DNA of 64,000 bases from Mytilus trossulus (lineage: Eukaryota): positions 434,001-498,000 of the forward strand of contig NW_026963301.1 in assembly GCF_036588685.1 (NCBI RefSeq), in the 5' to 3' direction. Within the stretch, counting starts at the first letter, position 1. Every line of letters begins with the position of its first letter. The position numbers and the translations under genes are program-made. Below are positions 1-10,813 of the stretch, piece after piece. The notes beneath the pieces were generated by a model, which saw only the letters and a program-made list of their open reading frames with translations, made no database searches and was not told the origin of the DNA.

Positions 1-933
1 AAAAACACAAAAATAGTGAATCCTTGGGCTTATTCTTATTGATATTTTTTTGTTTGTTTTTAAAGTAAATTCTTCTATAAAGCCTGAAGACCGAAATTGA
101 AAAAAAAAATACTGTTCGAAATAGTTCTGTTGACTGATTTTCTCAAATCATATACTTCAACTCGTATGTTAATAAGCATAATAAGGCTTTAACGAGATCC
201 TTAATACTTTCAATAAACAAAATTACAATAGTAGTCCAGAAGTAAAATGTGTTTCTAGGTATAGTAAGCAAGTCCATATACTCATAAATGTACTAGAACA
301 ATCACAAACAATCTCCTGTGGAACAAGTACAATGTATGTCTCGGGGAAATAAATCCTTTGAAATTGAGTTTATATATAAAATGAAAAATTCTTTGGAATT
401 TGTTTAAACAGAAACGTCATTCCTTGCTAAATATAAAACATGGTATAAATGTGAAGCAAAATCCAAGGAACTGTTAACTTAAAAGAAGCAAAAAATAAAT
501 ACTATATATAGGAACGCTGTTTACTGTTTGAAATAAGGTTTCTTGGTTACAAAAGTCACAATAGAGTTTCGAGATGGATCATTGGTGCGAAACTTAGTAT
601 GTCACTGTAAAATTAGGGTAAATTGGTGAGGGACAAAAAAATACCCTTACAACGGGCCATCATAGACCCCAAACAGTGTTTTTAATGGTCCTCTGATGTA
701 ACTTTCCCATTCCAACCGGACATGACTGCAAGATTTTGCAGTCAGACGGATGAATAATTTGGGCGAAGGTTTGTTTTCCGATTAGAAGTGATGATTAAAT
801 TTCTATATACCCCAATCAACCCTTGGAGTCTTATGTGTTAATGTTTATAAATAACTTTACATGTATAAAATTTGTGTAGTAGAACGTAATCAGAGATCAA
901 TAATTTAATTAGATTGAATAATTTTGCTTTCAG

Positions 934-1129
934 CCTATGCACCGCCTGGCCAGCAGTCTCAAGCCACAGTCGTGGTTACACAGCAGCCAAATGTTTTGCT
1001 CCGGCAGAACTTCCGTGAGGTACCAGTGCGTGTGACTTGTCCATCATGTAGCGCTGATATCATGACCGCAACGCAATTTGAAATCGGAATGCTGACCTGG
1101 TTAGCGGCTGGTATGATATGCCTGTTCGG
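934..1129 (+). CDS. LITAF: LITAF-like gene 1, internal coding exon (exon 1 not found in window)
   Basis: tttcag acceptor ends at 933. Translates (A)YAPPGQQ...FREVPVRVTCPSCSADIMTATQFEIGMLTWLAAGMICLFG: first CxxC plus hydrophobic segment of the LITAF domain. Donor GG|GTAAG at 1130. Confidence 0.93.
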
Positions 1130-1621
1130 GTAAGAACACTGTATTTTACAGTCAATTATTCATATAAATTAGGGGTCGATTAGGGTTGATGTTTTCTTGT
1201 TATGTCTATTGATTTTTAATTATTTTTATTTTTGTTTGGGGGTTATTATTTCTCTTATTTTGGGCTCTATTTACCGTAATTTAATTCAGAATTGAATGCT
1301 TCTTTTTGTAACTTTATTGGGGTGTAAAAAGCGTTGATTGAAGTAAATTTTGTATGAATCGTTTATCTTCCAAAGAAATCTCAGTACAAATAGTCAACTT
1401 TGCATGCGGGTTTTTTTTATATTAACCTTTTTTATATCAAACTATAGTAAATGACTCATACATGTTCAGAGACTACGGTATATCCAATGCAATAGAATCG
1501 TACATATATTGACCAGCCAAACGCAATGATGTTCCTGCAGGAACATTTATACCAGTTTTCTGTTGACTTATTTATAGCAGACAATGAAAAAAATCTGTTA
1601 ATTATGTGTCAAATGATTTAA

Positions 1622-2123
1622 GGTAGATCACCAGTATATATTTTTTGAGACAGAATTTTTTTATAATTTGCCAAAATGAAGATTTTACTATGCTCTTTTC
1701 AAAAATTTAATAAAAAGTATGGGTCACCGTGCTATTTTTCAAGCTATGAGTCGTTGAAAATTGCCAAAATTTGGTTAGTTTGTTCATGAAAATAAAAATA
1801 AAAAATGGTGTCACCGAACTTGTTTTCTTGATACAAATAAATATAAAAAATTTCCCTATTAGCCCAGTATAAATTTTGTACTAAAAGAGTTTTCTCCCCT
1901 TTAATGGCTCATTTGAAAAAAATGATTTTAAACCCAAAGAAAATGATATTTTGTTAAAATATTTTGTATAATACAATTAATTAACAAGTTTTCTTTAAAT
2001 AGAAAAAACTTCTAACAATTAAATTGCAAATCTGTCTCCAAATTTGCAGATTTAGGCAAATAACTAGACCGATTTTGTACTGTGATTGTACAATCCAAGA
2101 TGGCGGTATACCATCAATCTACC
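1622..2123. mobile_element. Kolobok-like MITE in intron of LITAF gene 1
   Basis: TTAA on both sides (1618-1621, 2124-2127); termini GGTAGAT...ATCTACC. A TTAA TSD with RR..YY ends fits Kolobok rather than piggyBac. Confidence 0.65.
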
Positions 2124-2173
2124 TTAAATGTATGAACAAATGATGACGTCAAATTTCTCTTTTTTTCTTTTAG

Positions 2174-2285
2174 GTTATGGCTTGGATGTTGTCTGATTCC
2201 ATTTTGTTTAGACGCCTGTAAAGATGTCGTCCACACATGTCCAAACTGTAACCACGTGGTTGGAAAATATAGCAAATTGTCATGA
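2174..2285 (+). CDS. LITAF: LITAF-like gene 1, terminal exon
   Basis: Polypyrimidine tract with AG at 2172-2173, phase compatible with the previous exon. Translates [36 protein letters not shown] (HxCxxC). AATAAA at 2580-2585. Confidence 0.93.
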
Positions 2286-3262
2286 GACATACAAAGTTCA
2301 AATAACGGTGTTGGAGGTTCGATACCTCGTCATTACATATCACATATATATAACTTTATGTAAATATTTATTTTGTAGCCCTCTCAAGTGTGTATTGACC
2401 ATGACCATTAACGAAATTGTTAGAAAGGCTTTTAACCCATGGTCTTCCATGGCTTTTTTATATTGTGTATATACTTTATATAACATGGAATGTAACGTTT
2501 ATATAAGTTGCTTAATGTTATTCTCAGTTCTCTTTTATATGAGAGGGTGGTATAGAGACAGGATTAAGCCGGAATGTTGAATAAAACATATCACATCAGT
2601 TTAGAATATTTGATTTGTAGGTATTTGCCGAACAGACCCTTTTGTGATTAATTTTCAAACATTCCGAGAACTTCTACAATTAATATTTTTTATTTTCTCG
2701 TAAATATTTTTATGAAAATTTCTCTATTTGTTCTTTCAAATCGACGTGTTCAAATCATGAAATATATTTTCATTTTCATTTCTTAAATGATTTCGATACA
2801 AACTCGTAATATGATAATGTGCATGTGAAATGTAAGAACTTTGCTGCCCTTTTTTAAAACTTATTTACATTTTTGTATACAATTGTATCTTATATTATGT
2901 GTTGCAAGTATTTCTTTTTTTTTTCTTGAGTGGGGAAACATATTCCATTTCAGCTCTAACCAGGCCAGAGCATTCATTTTCACCCCTCCTGAAAAATCAA
3001 ACGAAAGTCCTGTATGTGCCTTACCCAATTAAACATGATTTATTTTTACAAAATTGTATGTTCAGATTTGTATTTAAAAATTCAAGTGTCAAATAACAAT
3101 GAATGATTTTTTTCATATATATTACCAGGCTTATGCTTGTATTATTTGTTCTAGAGGCACTAGAAATGGAAATAAAAAATCATTGACAGAATTGGATTTT
3201 TTCAACACCAAAATGCTTTTATAAAATGACCGCAGATCTAATAAGGTTTCGACAAGTGAATT

Positions 3263-3557
3263 CAGTGGCTGATCAAACCATTTGAAGGGGGGGGGGGGTC
3301 CCAACCCAAGACAAAAGGGGGATCCCAACAGGCGCGGATCCAGAAGGGGGGGGTCGAACCCCCCTTTTTTTTGGACGATTAATGCATTTGAATGGGAACA
3401 TGTAATTGGAACCCCCCTTTTGTCCTGGGTTAGGAACCCCCCTTTTTAAAATGACTAGATCCGCCCTTGTCCAACTATATGTCCCCATTCAAATGCATTG
3501 ATCGTCCCCAAAAAAGGGGTTCCAACCCCTGAAACCCTCCCCCTGGATCCGCCACTG
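3263..3557. mobile_element. GC-rich nested short MITEs, hAT-like termini
   Basis: Outer termini CAGTGGCTGATC / GGATCCGCCACTG. A related inner element CAGGCGCGGATCC...GATCCGCCCTTG lies at ~3329-3469. No clean TSD. Confidence 0.5.
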
Positions 3558-3630
3558 GAAACATACACAAATACAAACATAATTAACATAATACCATTCT
3601 TTTAACGAACAAAGTGAACGTATAAATGCA

Positions 3631-5499
3631 AATGGACGTCAAGTTGGTTACTTATTCCCTATTCCCTATTCGGTATCTATTCCTTATTCCGTATTCGTTA
3701 CCTATTCCCTATTCCCTATTCGTTACCTATTCCCTATTCCCTATTCGTTACCTATTCGTTACTTATTCCCTTTTCCCTATCGTTACCTATTCGTTACGTA
3801 TTCCCTATTCCTTATTCGATTTTAAATATCCTTCCCCCTTTTTAATTGTTTATACTCTTATGTCTGGTAATAGTTCCAAATTTGTTGAGGTAAAATGATC
3901 TTTTTATGACCTATTTATATGTGTTTGTGCTCAACCGATCCTTCTACTTTATGTTCGATACTCATTTGTTCCTTATTTGATTTTTATACGTTCTACCTTT
4001 TAACTGCTTTATGTCCGTATGTTTGAAGATGGATCTTGGTTCGAAGGGATAAAATCACCGTGTTAGCGCTTGTATAAAAAAGAAGATGTGGTATGATTGC
4101 CAATGAGACAACACCCCACAATAGACCAAAATCACACAGAAATTACCAACTATAGGTCACTGTACGGCCTTCAACAATGAGATGACATGACAATCTCAAA
4201 CAATTCAAACAAAACTAACGGCCGTATTTCATATACAAAAAAATAAACGGAAAACAAATATGTAACACAAAAACAAACGATAACTACTTAATTAGCGAAT
4301 TATAAACGAGTGATGGAACGAATTAAACAAGGTAATAGTTAACATGCTCCGAAACGATGTACACCCTGCTAACATGTTTAACCCCACCACATTATGTTAG
4401 TATGTGCCTGTCCCTAGACAACAGCCTGAAATTAAGTAGTTATCGTTTGTTTTTGTGTTACATATTTGTTTTCCGTTTATTTTTATGCCGCACCTACGAT
4501 AGTAGCGGGGCATTATGTTTTCTGGTCTGTGCCTCCGTTCGTCCGTCCGTCTGTGCGTCCGTCCGTCTGTGCGTCCGTCCGTCTGTGCGTCCGTCCGTCT
4601 GTCCCGCTTCAGGTTAAAGTTTTTGGTCGAGGTAGTTTTTGATGAAGTTGAAGTCCAATCAACTTGAAACATAGTATACATGTGCCCTATGATATGATCT
4701 TTCTAATTTAAATGCTATATTAGTCTAAGAGTTTTTACCCCAATTTTACGGTTCACTGAACATAGAAAATGATAGTGCAAATTTCAGGTTAAAGTTTTTG
4801 GTCAAGGTAGTTTTTGATAAAGTAGAAGTCCAATCAACTTGAAACTTAGTGTACTTGTTCCCTTTGATAACATCATTCTAATTTTAATGCCAAATAAGAT
4901 AATTTATTCCAATTTTACGGTCCACTAAACATAGAAAATGAAAGTGCGAGTGGGACATCCGTGTACTGTGGACACATTCTTGTTTTGTATATGAAATACG
5001 GCCGTTAGTTCTGTTGTTTGAATTGTTTGAGATTGTCATGTCATCTCATTTTTGAAGGCCATACAGTGACCTATAGTTGGTAATTTCTGTGTCATTTTGG
5101 TCTCTGTGGGGTGTTGTCTCATTGGCAATCATACCACATCTTCTTTTTTTATACAAGCGCTAACACGGTGATTTCATCCCTTCGAACCAAGATCCATCTT
5201 CAAACATACGGACATAAAGCAGTTAAAAGGTAGAACGTATAAAAATCAAATAAGGAACAAATGAGTATCGAACATAAAGTAAAAGGATCGGTTGAGCACA
5301 AACACATATAAATAGGTCATAAAAAGATCATTTTACCTCAACAAATTTAGAACTATTACCAGATATAAGAGTATAAACAATTAAAAAGGGGGAAGGATAT
5401 TAAAAATCGAATAAGTAACGAATAAGGAATAGGGAATGAATAAGTAACGAATAGGTAACAATAGGGAATAGGGAATAAGTAATCAACTTGACGTCCATT
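3631..5499. mobile_element. Foldback element with long inverted arms and flanking direct repeat
   Basis: Left arm 3631-~4293 is the reverse complement of 4430-4483 plus 4984-5499. AAATGCA direct repeat at 3624-3630 and 5500-5506. Confidence 0.8.
4481..4983 (+). mobile_element. Helentron-associated non-autonomous element (HINE/DTC84-like) nested in the foldback arm
   Basis: T-rich insertion site, 5' hairpin ATGCCGC..GCGGGGCAT, (GTCC/GTCT)n microsatellite, two ~175-bp core repeats (4608, 4783) and a short 3' palindrome. It interrupts only one arm of the inverted repeat. Confidence 0.75.
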
Positions 5500-6581
5500 A
5501 AATGCATTTGACTTCTCGCAACATATTAGTTAAAACGATAAAATTGAAAATCTGTCCGGTCTTGCACATCTCTGGAACGATTAAGTGCAATAAAGCACTG
5601 ATCGACGTCCATTTTCATTGACTGTGCTAGTACACATTTTGATAATAGAGTCTGACTGAAGCCCCATGCATGTGTTTCTCATTGTGTTGAAGACTCATTG
5701 GTGACCTTGGACTGCTTTTTATTCTATGGTCGGGTTGTTGTCTTTTTGACACATTCTTAATTTCCGTTCTCAATTTTATTGCATGTAAATTTTGTCGAAT
5801 TCCACTCCGGCCTTTGTTCAGTTCAATAGTCTGATGTTACTCAACAGAATCGCATACATAAAAGTACAGATTGGCAAATTGTTGTCTGTTCAATGTTCAG
5901 TGACAGATATTCCAGGTCTGTTGATCCAAAATATATAGGGGACTGAGGTGTCAGCAACATTTATGGCTAATCCAGGTTTTTACTTGTTCTACTCCCCTCT
6001 AGTGCTAGAATGTCTTGTATGTGGACCCTCTCCGTTTCAAAATCCTGGCTTCTCAGAGCCTGACTCCGCATTGTGAATCACTGAACTATTGTTGCATGAT
6101 CGAATAGGGTTGATATGATCATTTGGCTTTGCAATAGACCATCGGACCACGAACCTTTGAAGAGTCTTTGCAAGGTTTTTTCATGTTTGGTATTCCTTTA
6201 AATGTGTTCACAGGTCCAGTCCAATTAGACGTGGCTACGTACTTATACATCCCGCATTGCCATACTGATCGTAAAATAAAAAGGAAGAGAAATTCAACAT
6301 CAAATATTTCACAGAGTAAATATCCATAAATAAACACACATGTATGAAGCCTCCTAGAGGAAGCCTCAGTGTACTATTCATAAGCTCACCACACAAAATT
6401 CAAGACACAAAACGTTAATGTTAACACGCGCCAAGGATGCAGTAACAACAGGTCTCAACTGTAGCGACCTAGTTCTTGACTCCAGGTAATCGACATATTG
6501 TTTTTACGTTACAGTTACAGTGTTGCGAAACACCCGTTTATTTACATTTTGAAATATTTAAAGAGCGGATTAGAAGAAGAT

Positions 6582-6648
6582 ATGGAGAAAGGATCACCAT
6601 ACCCTGCACAACAACCCCCACCCCCTCAGTACAATCAACCTCCACCAG
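6582..6648 (+). CDS. LITAF: LITAF-like gene 2, exon 1
   Basis: ATG at 6582; MEKGSPYPAQQPPPPQYNQPPP followed by G|GTAAGT. Phase 1 matches the exon at 9913. Contains PPxY (PPQY). Confidence 0.88.
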
Positions 6649-8549
6649 GTAAGTCTCACGATAACTGAATACTTTTCTGTATTTGTTTACATTTAAAAGA
6701 TATATGGATCGATTACTGCCCTTGGTTCTTTGTGTAAACACACTGATAAAGGAATTCGAAGTGTGTTTGTTTGGAACATTTAAACTTTTATATAGACCTG
6801 CATAAAATATTATGTAAAGAACCACACCAACCTCCTGTGGCTGTAGACAAGTTGTCAATTTGTGTGTACGTCTCGGTCGAGGTCCCGGTACATGTAGTAT
6901 CTTTATGGACCCTTTCATGCCTTTATATACTGATTTTATTATACTTTTATTTATGTGGAATTGTTCCAAATTAAGGAATTTCTTTTTTAATAAATACAAA
7001 TATACGTGTATAGGCCTAAATGTCAACTATTTTGGTAAAATGTGAAATTAAATCACCTATAAATGTCCAATTTGGCACACTAAACATAAACATAATAATT
7101 TTAAAAATGAAAAAAATAAATAAAAAATCATTAGACCGTGTCTATCACCTAAGTCAGGAAGTAAGAAACAAACAAAATAATGAAGTCACACAGTTTTACA
7201 CGTAGTTTCATCATTATTATAGTGCAAACTAAATTAAGCTCTTCGACTCGCAATAATTTGAGGGGTTAATTGATGAGGATGTAAACGTTATGGGGTTTAT
7301 AGAAACTTGAAAGATAAAGTTACCAAGATTGGAGAAATGCATAAATGAGCCAAATATATTAATAAGAGATATAAATTGGGTGCTGAGATATATATTATAT
7401 AAAGAATACTATAAAAAGTAATGTGCATCAATAATAAGGCTAGAGAAAAGTGCCCCCGAAAATTTAAAATACAACCAATGAAAACCCTGGAGTGGTGTAG
7501 CTGACATTTTGATCATGTTGATATAGGCATAACACACCAAAATGAAGGAAATCAACAGCCGGAGGTCATGCTTTTCGGTGCGGAATTTTTCTCGCTGAGT
7601 TGAAGACCTATTAGCCATGTTGCGGGAAGGTGGGGTGGGTGGCTTTGACTGATTTCTGTTTTTTTTGCATGAACAGGTTGTTTCTTTGTAATATTCCCCA
7701 TTTACATTCCAAATTTTATTCTCGGATATACTGTTTATGACGTCTTAACGCAAAATCGGTTTGATGTGTATAGAAACATGTAAGATCATGTAATAGTCTG
7801 GAAAAATCATGATTCATTTATTAGTTGAAAATTGGTCTTTTTTTGGTGTTTTCATGTCTTTATGCTAGTTTTTTGCGTGTTTACTGGCCATCTAAAGAGG
7901 TCAGTCTTTGCCAACTCATTTTTGTCTTGCACAGAGGGCACGGTGACTTAGTACAGATCGTTGACGAGGGCCAAATTTTGACTCCGGTGATTGCAAATTT
8001 AGGACTTTCTACGCCAAGTTTATCCGAGAGGCTAAAATGTCACTGCTCAATGAAGAGCATAGGGAAGATATTAAATTTAATTTGTCGAAGTTGAGTTTTA
8101 TCATCGGAATGAATTTACATTACAGAATGACTGTTGGACTCTTTATTTGACGTTTATTCCATGTGAGTTCCAACTACGAAATTGTATATATATGCAACTT
8201 CAGAATTAAGTTGGTGTTATGTTAACCTGGACCAATACATGCAAAATGTGATTGAAAAGTAGTTTGCACACAGGCCTCTGGGAATATATTTGAATAGCTT
8301 TGATATTGCCTCCGTTGTCCGCCGTCTATGCTCAATGGTGTCATTGGAACTATGTTCCTTTATTTTGCTGTCGTTTATTTGCTTCAACAAGATATTAATA
8401 AAGATGGGAAAGTGAAGATGGGTTAACACTGCACGGCGTCTCAAATAAAACAAAACGCCACGATCTTGCTCTGGCCCCAATAGCTAAAATTGACCGTCCA
8501 AACGGGTCACCGGACTAGAAATTGACCATGCCTTTAGTGGAAGTAGGGC

Positions 8550-9424
8550 TAGTCCGAGATTACTCTGACGTCCGACGGCTGTTAAGCCAGACAAGCTGGG
8601 GCCGTGGGACGTCAGAGCTTGTCCCATATCAAAAAGTGGATATTTGCCCACCCAAAATAGATGCGCTACTTCCTCGCTTCTGGAGCCGACTGAGGGCCTT
8701 GGAATGATATAAATCGGGCATCAATCTCTTCAGTTTTCATTTATCTCTTCATTATTGTAAGTTTCACCTACCTGCCAAACCTTTAATTTTCTATATTTTA
8801 ACATTTTTCACAGAGACCTATGATTTCTCCATTTTTGACTTTCACTTTCAAATGGATGTCAAATTACGAGAGATTTCGTGGCCTCGAGACTCAAATATGC
8901 AAATATTTATATTATGTTACCTCCTTTATAGGAGATTGATGAATAACGTTTAGAAGCAACCACGTTTTTTCACCTCCTTTTACAGGAGATCGGTAACTAG
9001 CATTTAGTACCGACCACGATAACAATCGGTAGCTCTCGGACATTTAGGTAACTTACAGCGTAAATGAACGAGGTGTTACATTATGGTCATTTGCACTGTT
9101 TTCTCGTGGTCACGTGATAATCTTTGAAAATGAAAGGCAACATGGAGAAATCATGGGTCTCTTTGAAAATTGTTAAAATATAGAAAATTAAAGGTTTGGC
9201 AGGTAGGTGAAACTTACATAAATGAAGAGATAAATGAAAAATGAAGAGATTGATGCCCGATTTATATAATTCCAAGGCCCTCAGTCGGCTCCAGAAGCGA
9301 GGAAGTAGCGCATCTATTTTGGGTGGGCAAATATCCACTTTTTGATATTGGACAAGCTCTGACGTCCCACGGCCCCAGCTTGTCTGGCTAAACAGCCGCC
9401 GGACGTCAGAGTAATCTCGGACTA
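8550..9424. mobile_element. Long-TIR non-autonomous DNA transposon with 9-bp TSD (MULE-like)
   Basis: ~300-bp TIRs (8550-~8852 and ~9123-9424) with ends TAGTCCGAG...CTCGGACTA. Exact AAGTAGGGC at 8541-8549 and 9425-9433. Confidence 0.85.
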
Positions 9425-9632
9425 AAGTAGGGCATACTCAAATGCATTCTTTTTAGTAGAGTTTTAAGCACTTGAAAAACACAATGACTATCATACTGTT
9501 TCAATAATCACTGATGTATCAGATTCCTTGAATACACTTCAAATCATTACCGAAATATAAACTGTAAGAATTCTGCACTTGAGTCCTCTAGCTATATAGG
9601 CTCTATATATAGCTTTATAACATCCCATTGAT

Positions 9633-9847
9633 GAGGGTCTGGATGGAAGGGGGGTGGGGTTGTTATTCTGTAAACATTTAATTTTCACCCCTTTTCTCTC
9701 TAATCTTCAAAAAATTAACCCCTTTGTTCGCTAATCTTCAAAAAATAAGACCACGCATTTCTATAATCTTCATTTTTTTACCGTTATTCTCTAGTCTTCA
9801 TTTTTAAGGGCATTATTCTTTAACCATTTAACCCCATCCAAACCCTC
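9633..9847. mobile_element. Short MITE, unclassified
   Basis: TIR GAGGGTCTGGATGG / CCATCCAAACCCTC; ATTGAT direct repeat at 9627-9632 and 9848-9853. Confidence 0.6.
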
Positions 9848-9912
9848 ATTGATCTTGCAGATTTTGATGGAAGCCCTGTGTAATGAATCAAATCTATCTC
9901 TTATTGTTTTAG

Positions 9913-10105
9913 CCTATGCACCTCCCGGTCAACAGACCGCAGCCACCGTTGTAATACAACAACCACATGTATTGCTTCGCCAGACATTCCGGGAAGTACC
10001 AGTACGACTGAATTGTCAGTCATGTCAAGCGGACATCATGACAGCAACCAATTATGAAACTGGAATGTTAACCTGGATGGCGGTCGGCATTATCTGCCTG
10101 TTTGG
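9913..10105 (+). CDS. LITAF: LITAF-like gene 2, exon 2
   Basis: ttttag acceptor. Translates (A)YAPPGQQTAAT...FREVPVRLNCQSCQADIMTATNYETGMLTWMAVGIICLFG. Donor GG|GTAAGT. Confidence 0.93.
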
Positions 10106-10627
10106 GTAAGTTATTGTCTTTTCTTTAGGTAAGTTTCATAAATCAACTGCATTCGATCTGTAATGCAGTCTTATGCGCAATACCAGCAAGAGTGGTTTTA
10201 TTTTTGCACCTGCTCCGAAAGTGGAGGAAGCGGCGAGAGTATGACATACTGTATCTAGCGTTAGTGAAAGGGGCGAGCAATTGTAAGCAAAAAGTGATTA
10301 GGTCCAGTAGCAAATTAAAGTAATAGATTGCGTAAACAGGATACTTGCTAAAATTGTTGGATTTTAGAATAATTTTCTTTCCCACAATCAATAATAGATC
10401 TCTGTACAAACTGAGCACCACTTAAAACTGTGTCACCATCTGATCGAAGTATATTTGTAATTTTGACATGTTTGACATTTATAAATAAATATTATGTAGC
10501 ATATATTGATTGTTGATTGTTTAACGTCCAGTGGCAAATATTTCATGCATGTTATTAACGAAATATGTAACATAACAGTTCCTGTATCTGCACCTGAAAT
10601 ATCAATTCAGGCAGTATATTTTTTTAG

Positions 10628-10813
<186 letters not shown>

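Noticed and set aside
2224-2580. 118-aa ORF
   Set aside because: Out-of-frame overlap with the LITAF 1 terminal exon and 3' UTR; no recognisable domain.
3626-4681. ORFs at 3626-3898, 4357-4617 and 4397-4681
   Set aside because: Translations of microsatellite tracts within transposon-derived DNA.
6538-7026. 162-aa minus-strand ORF
   Set aside because: Antisense to LITAF 2 exon 1 and intron 1; no motif support.
8522-9338. Two ORFs sharing DICPPKIDALLPRFWSRLRALE
   Set aside because: The same TIR sequence read on opposite strands, not duplicated genes.
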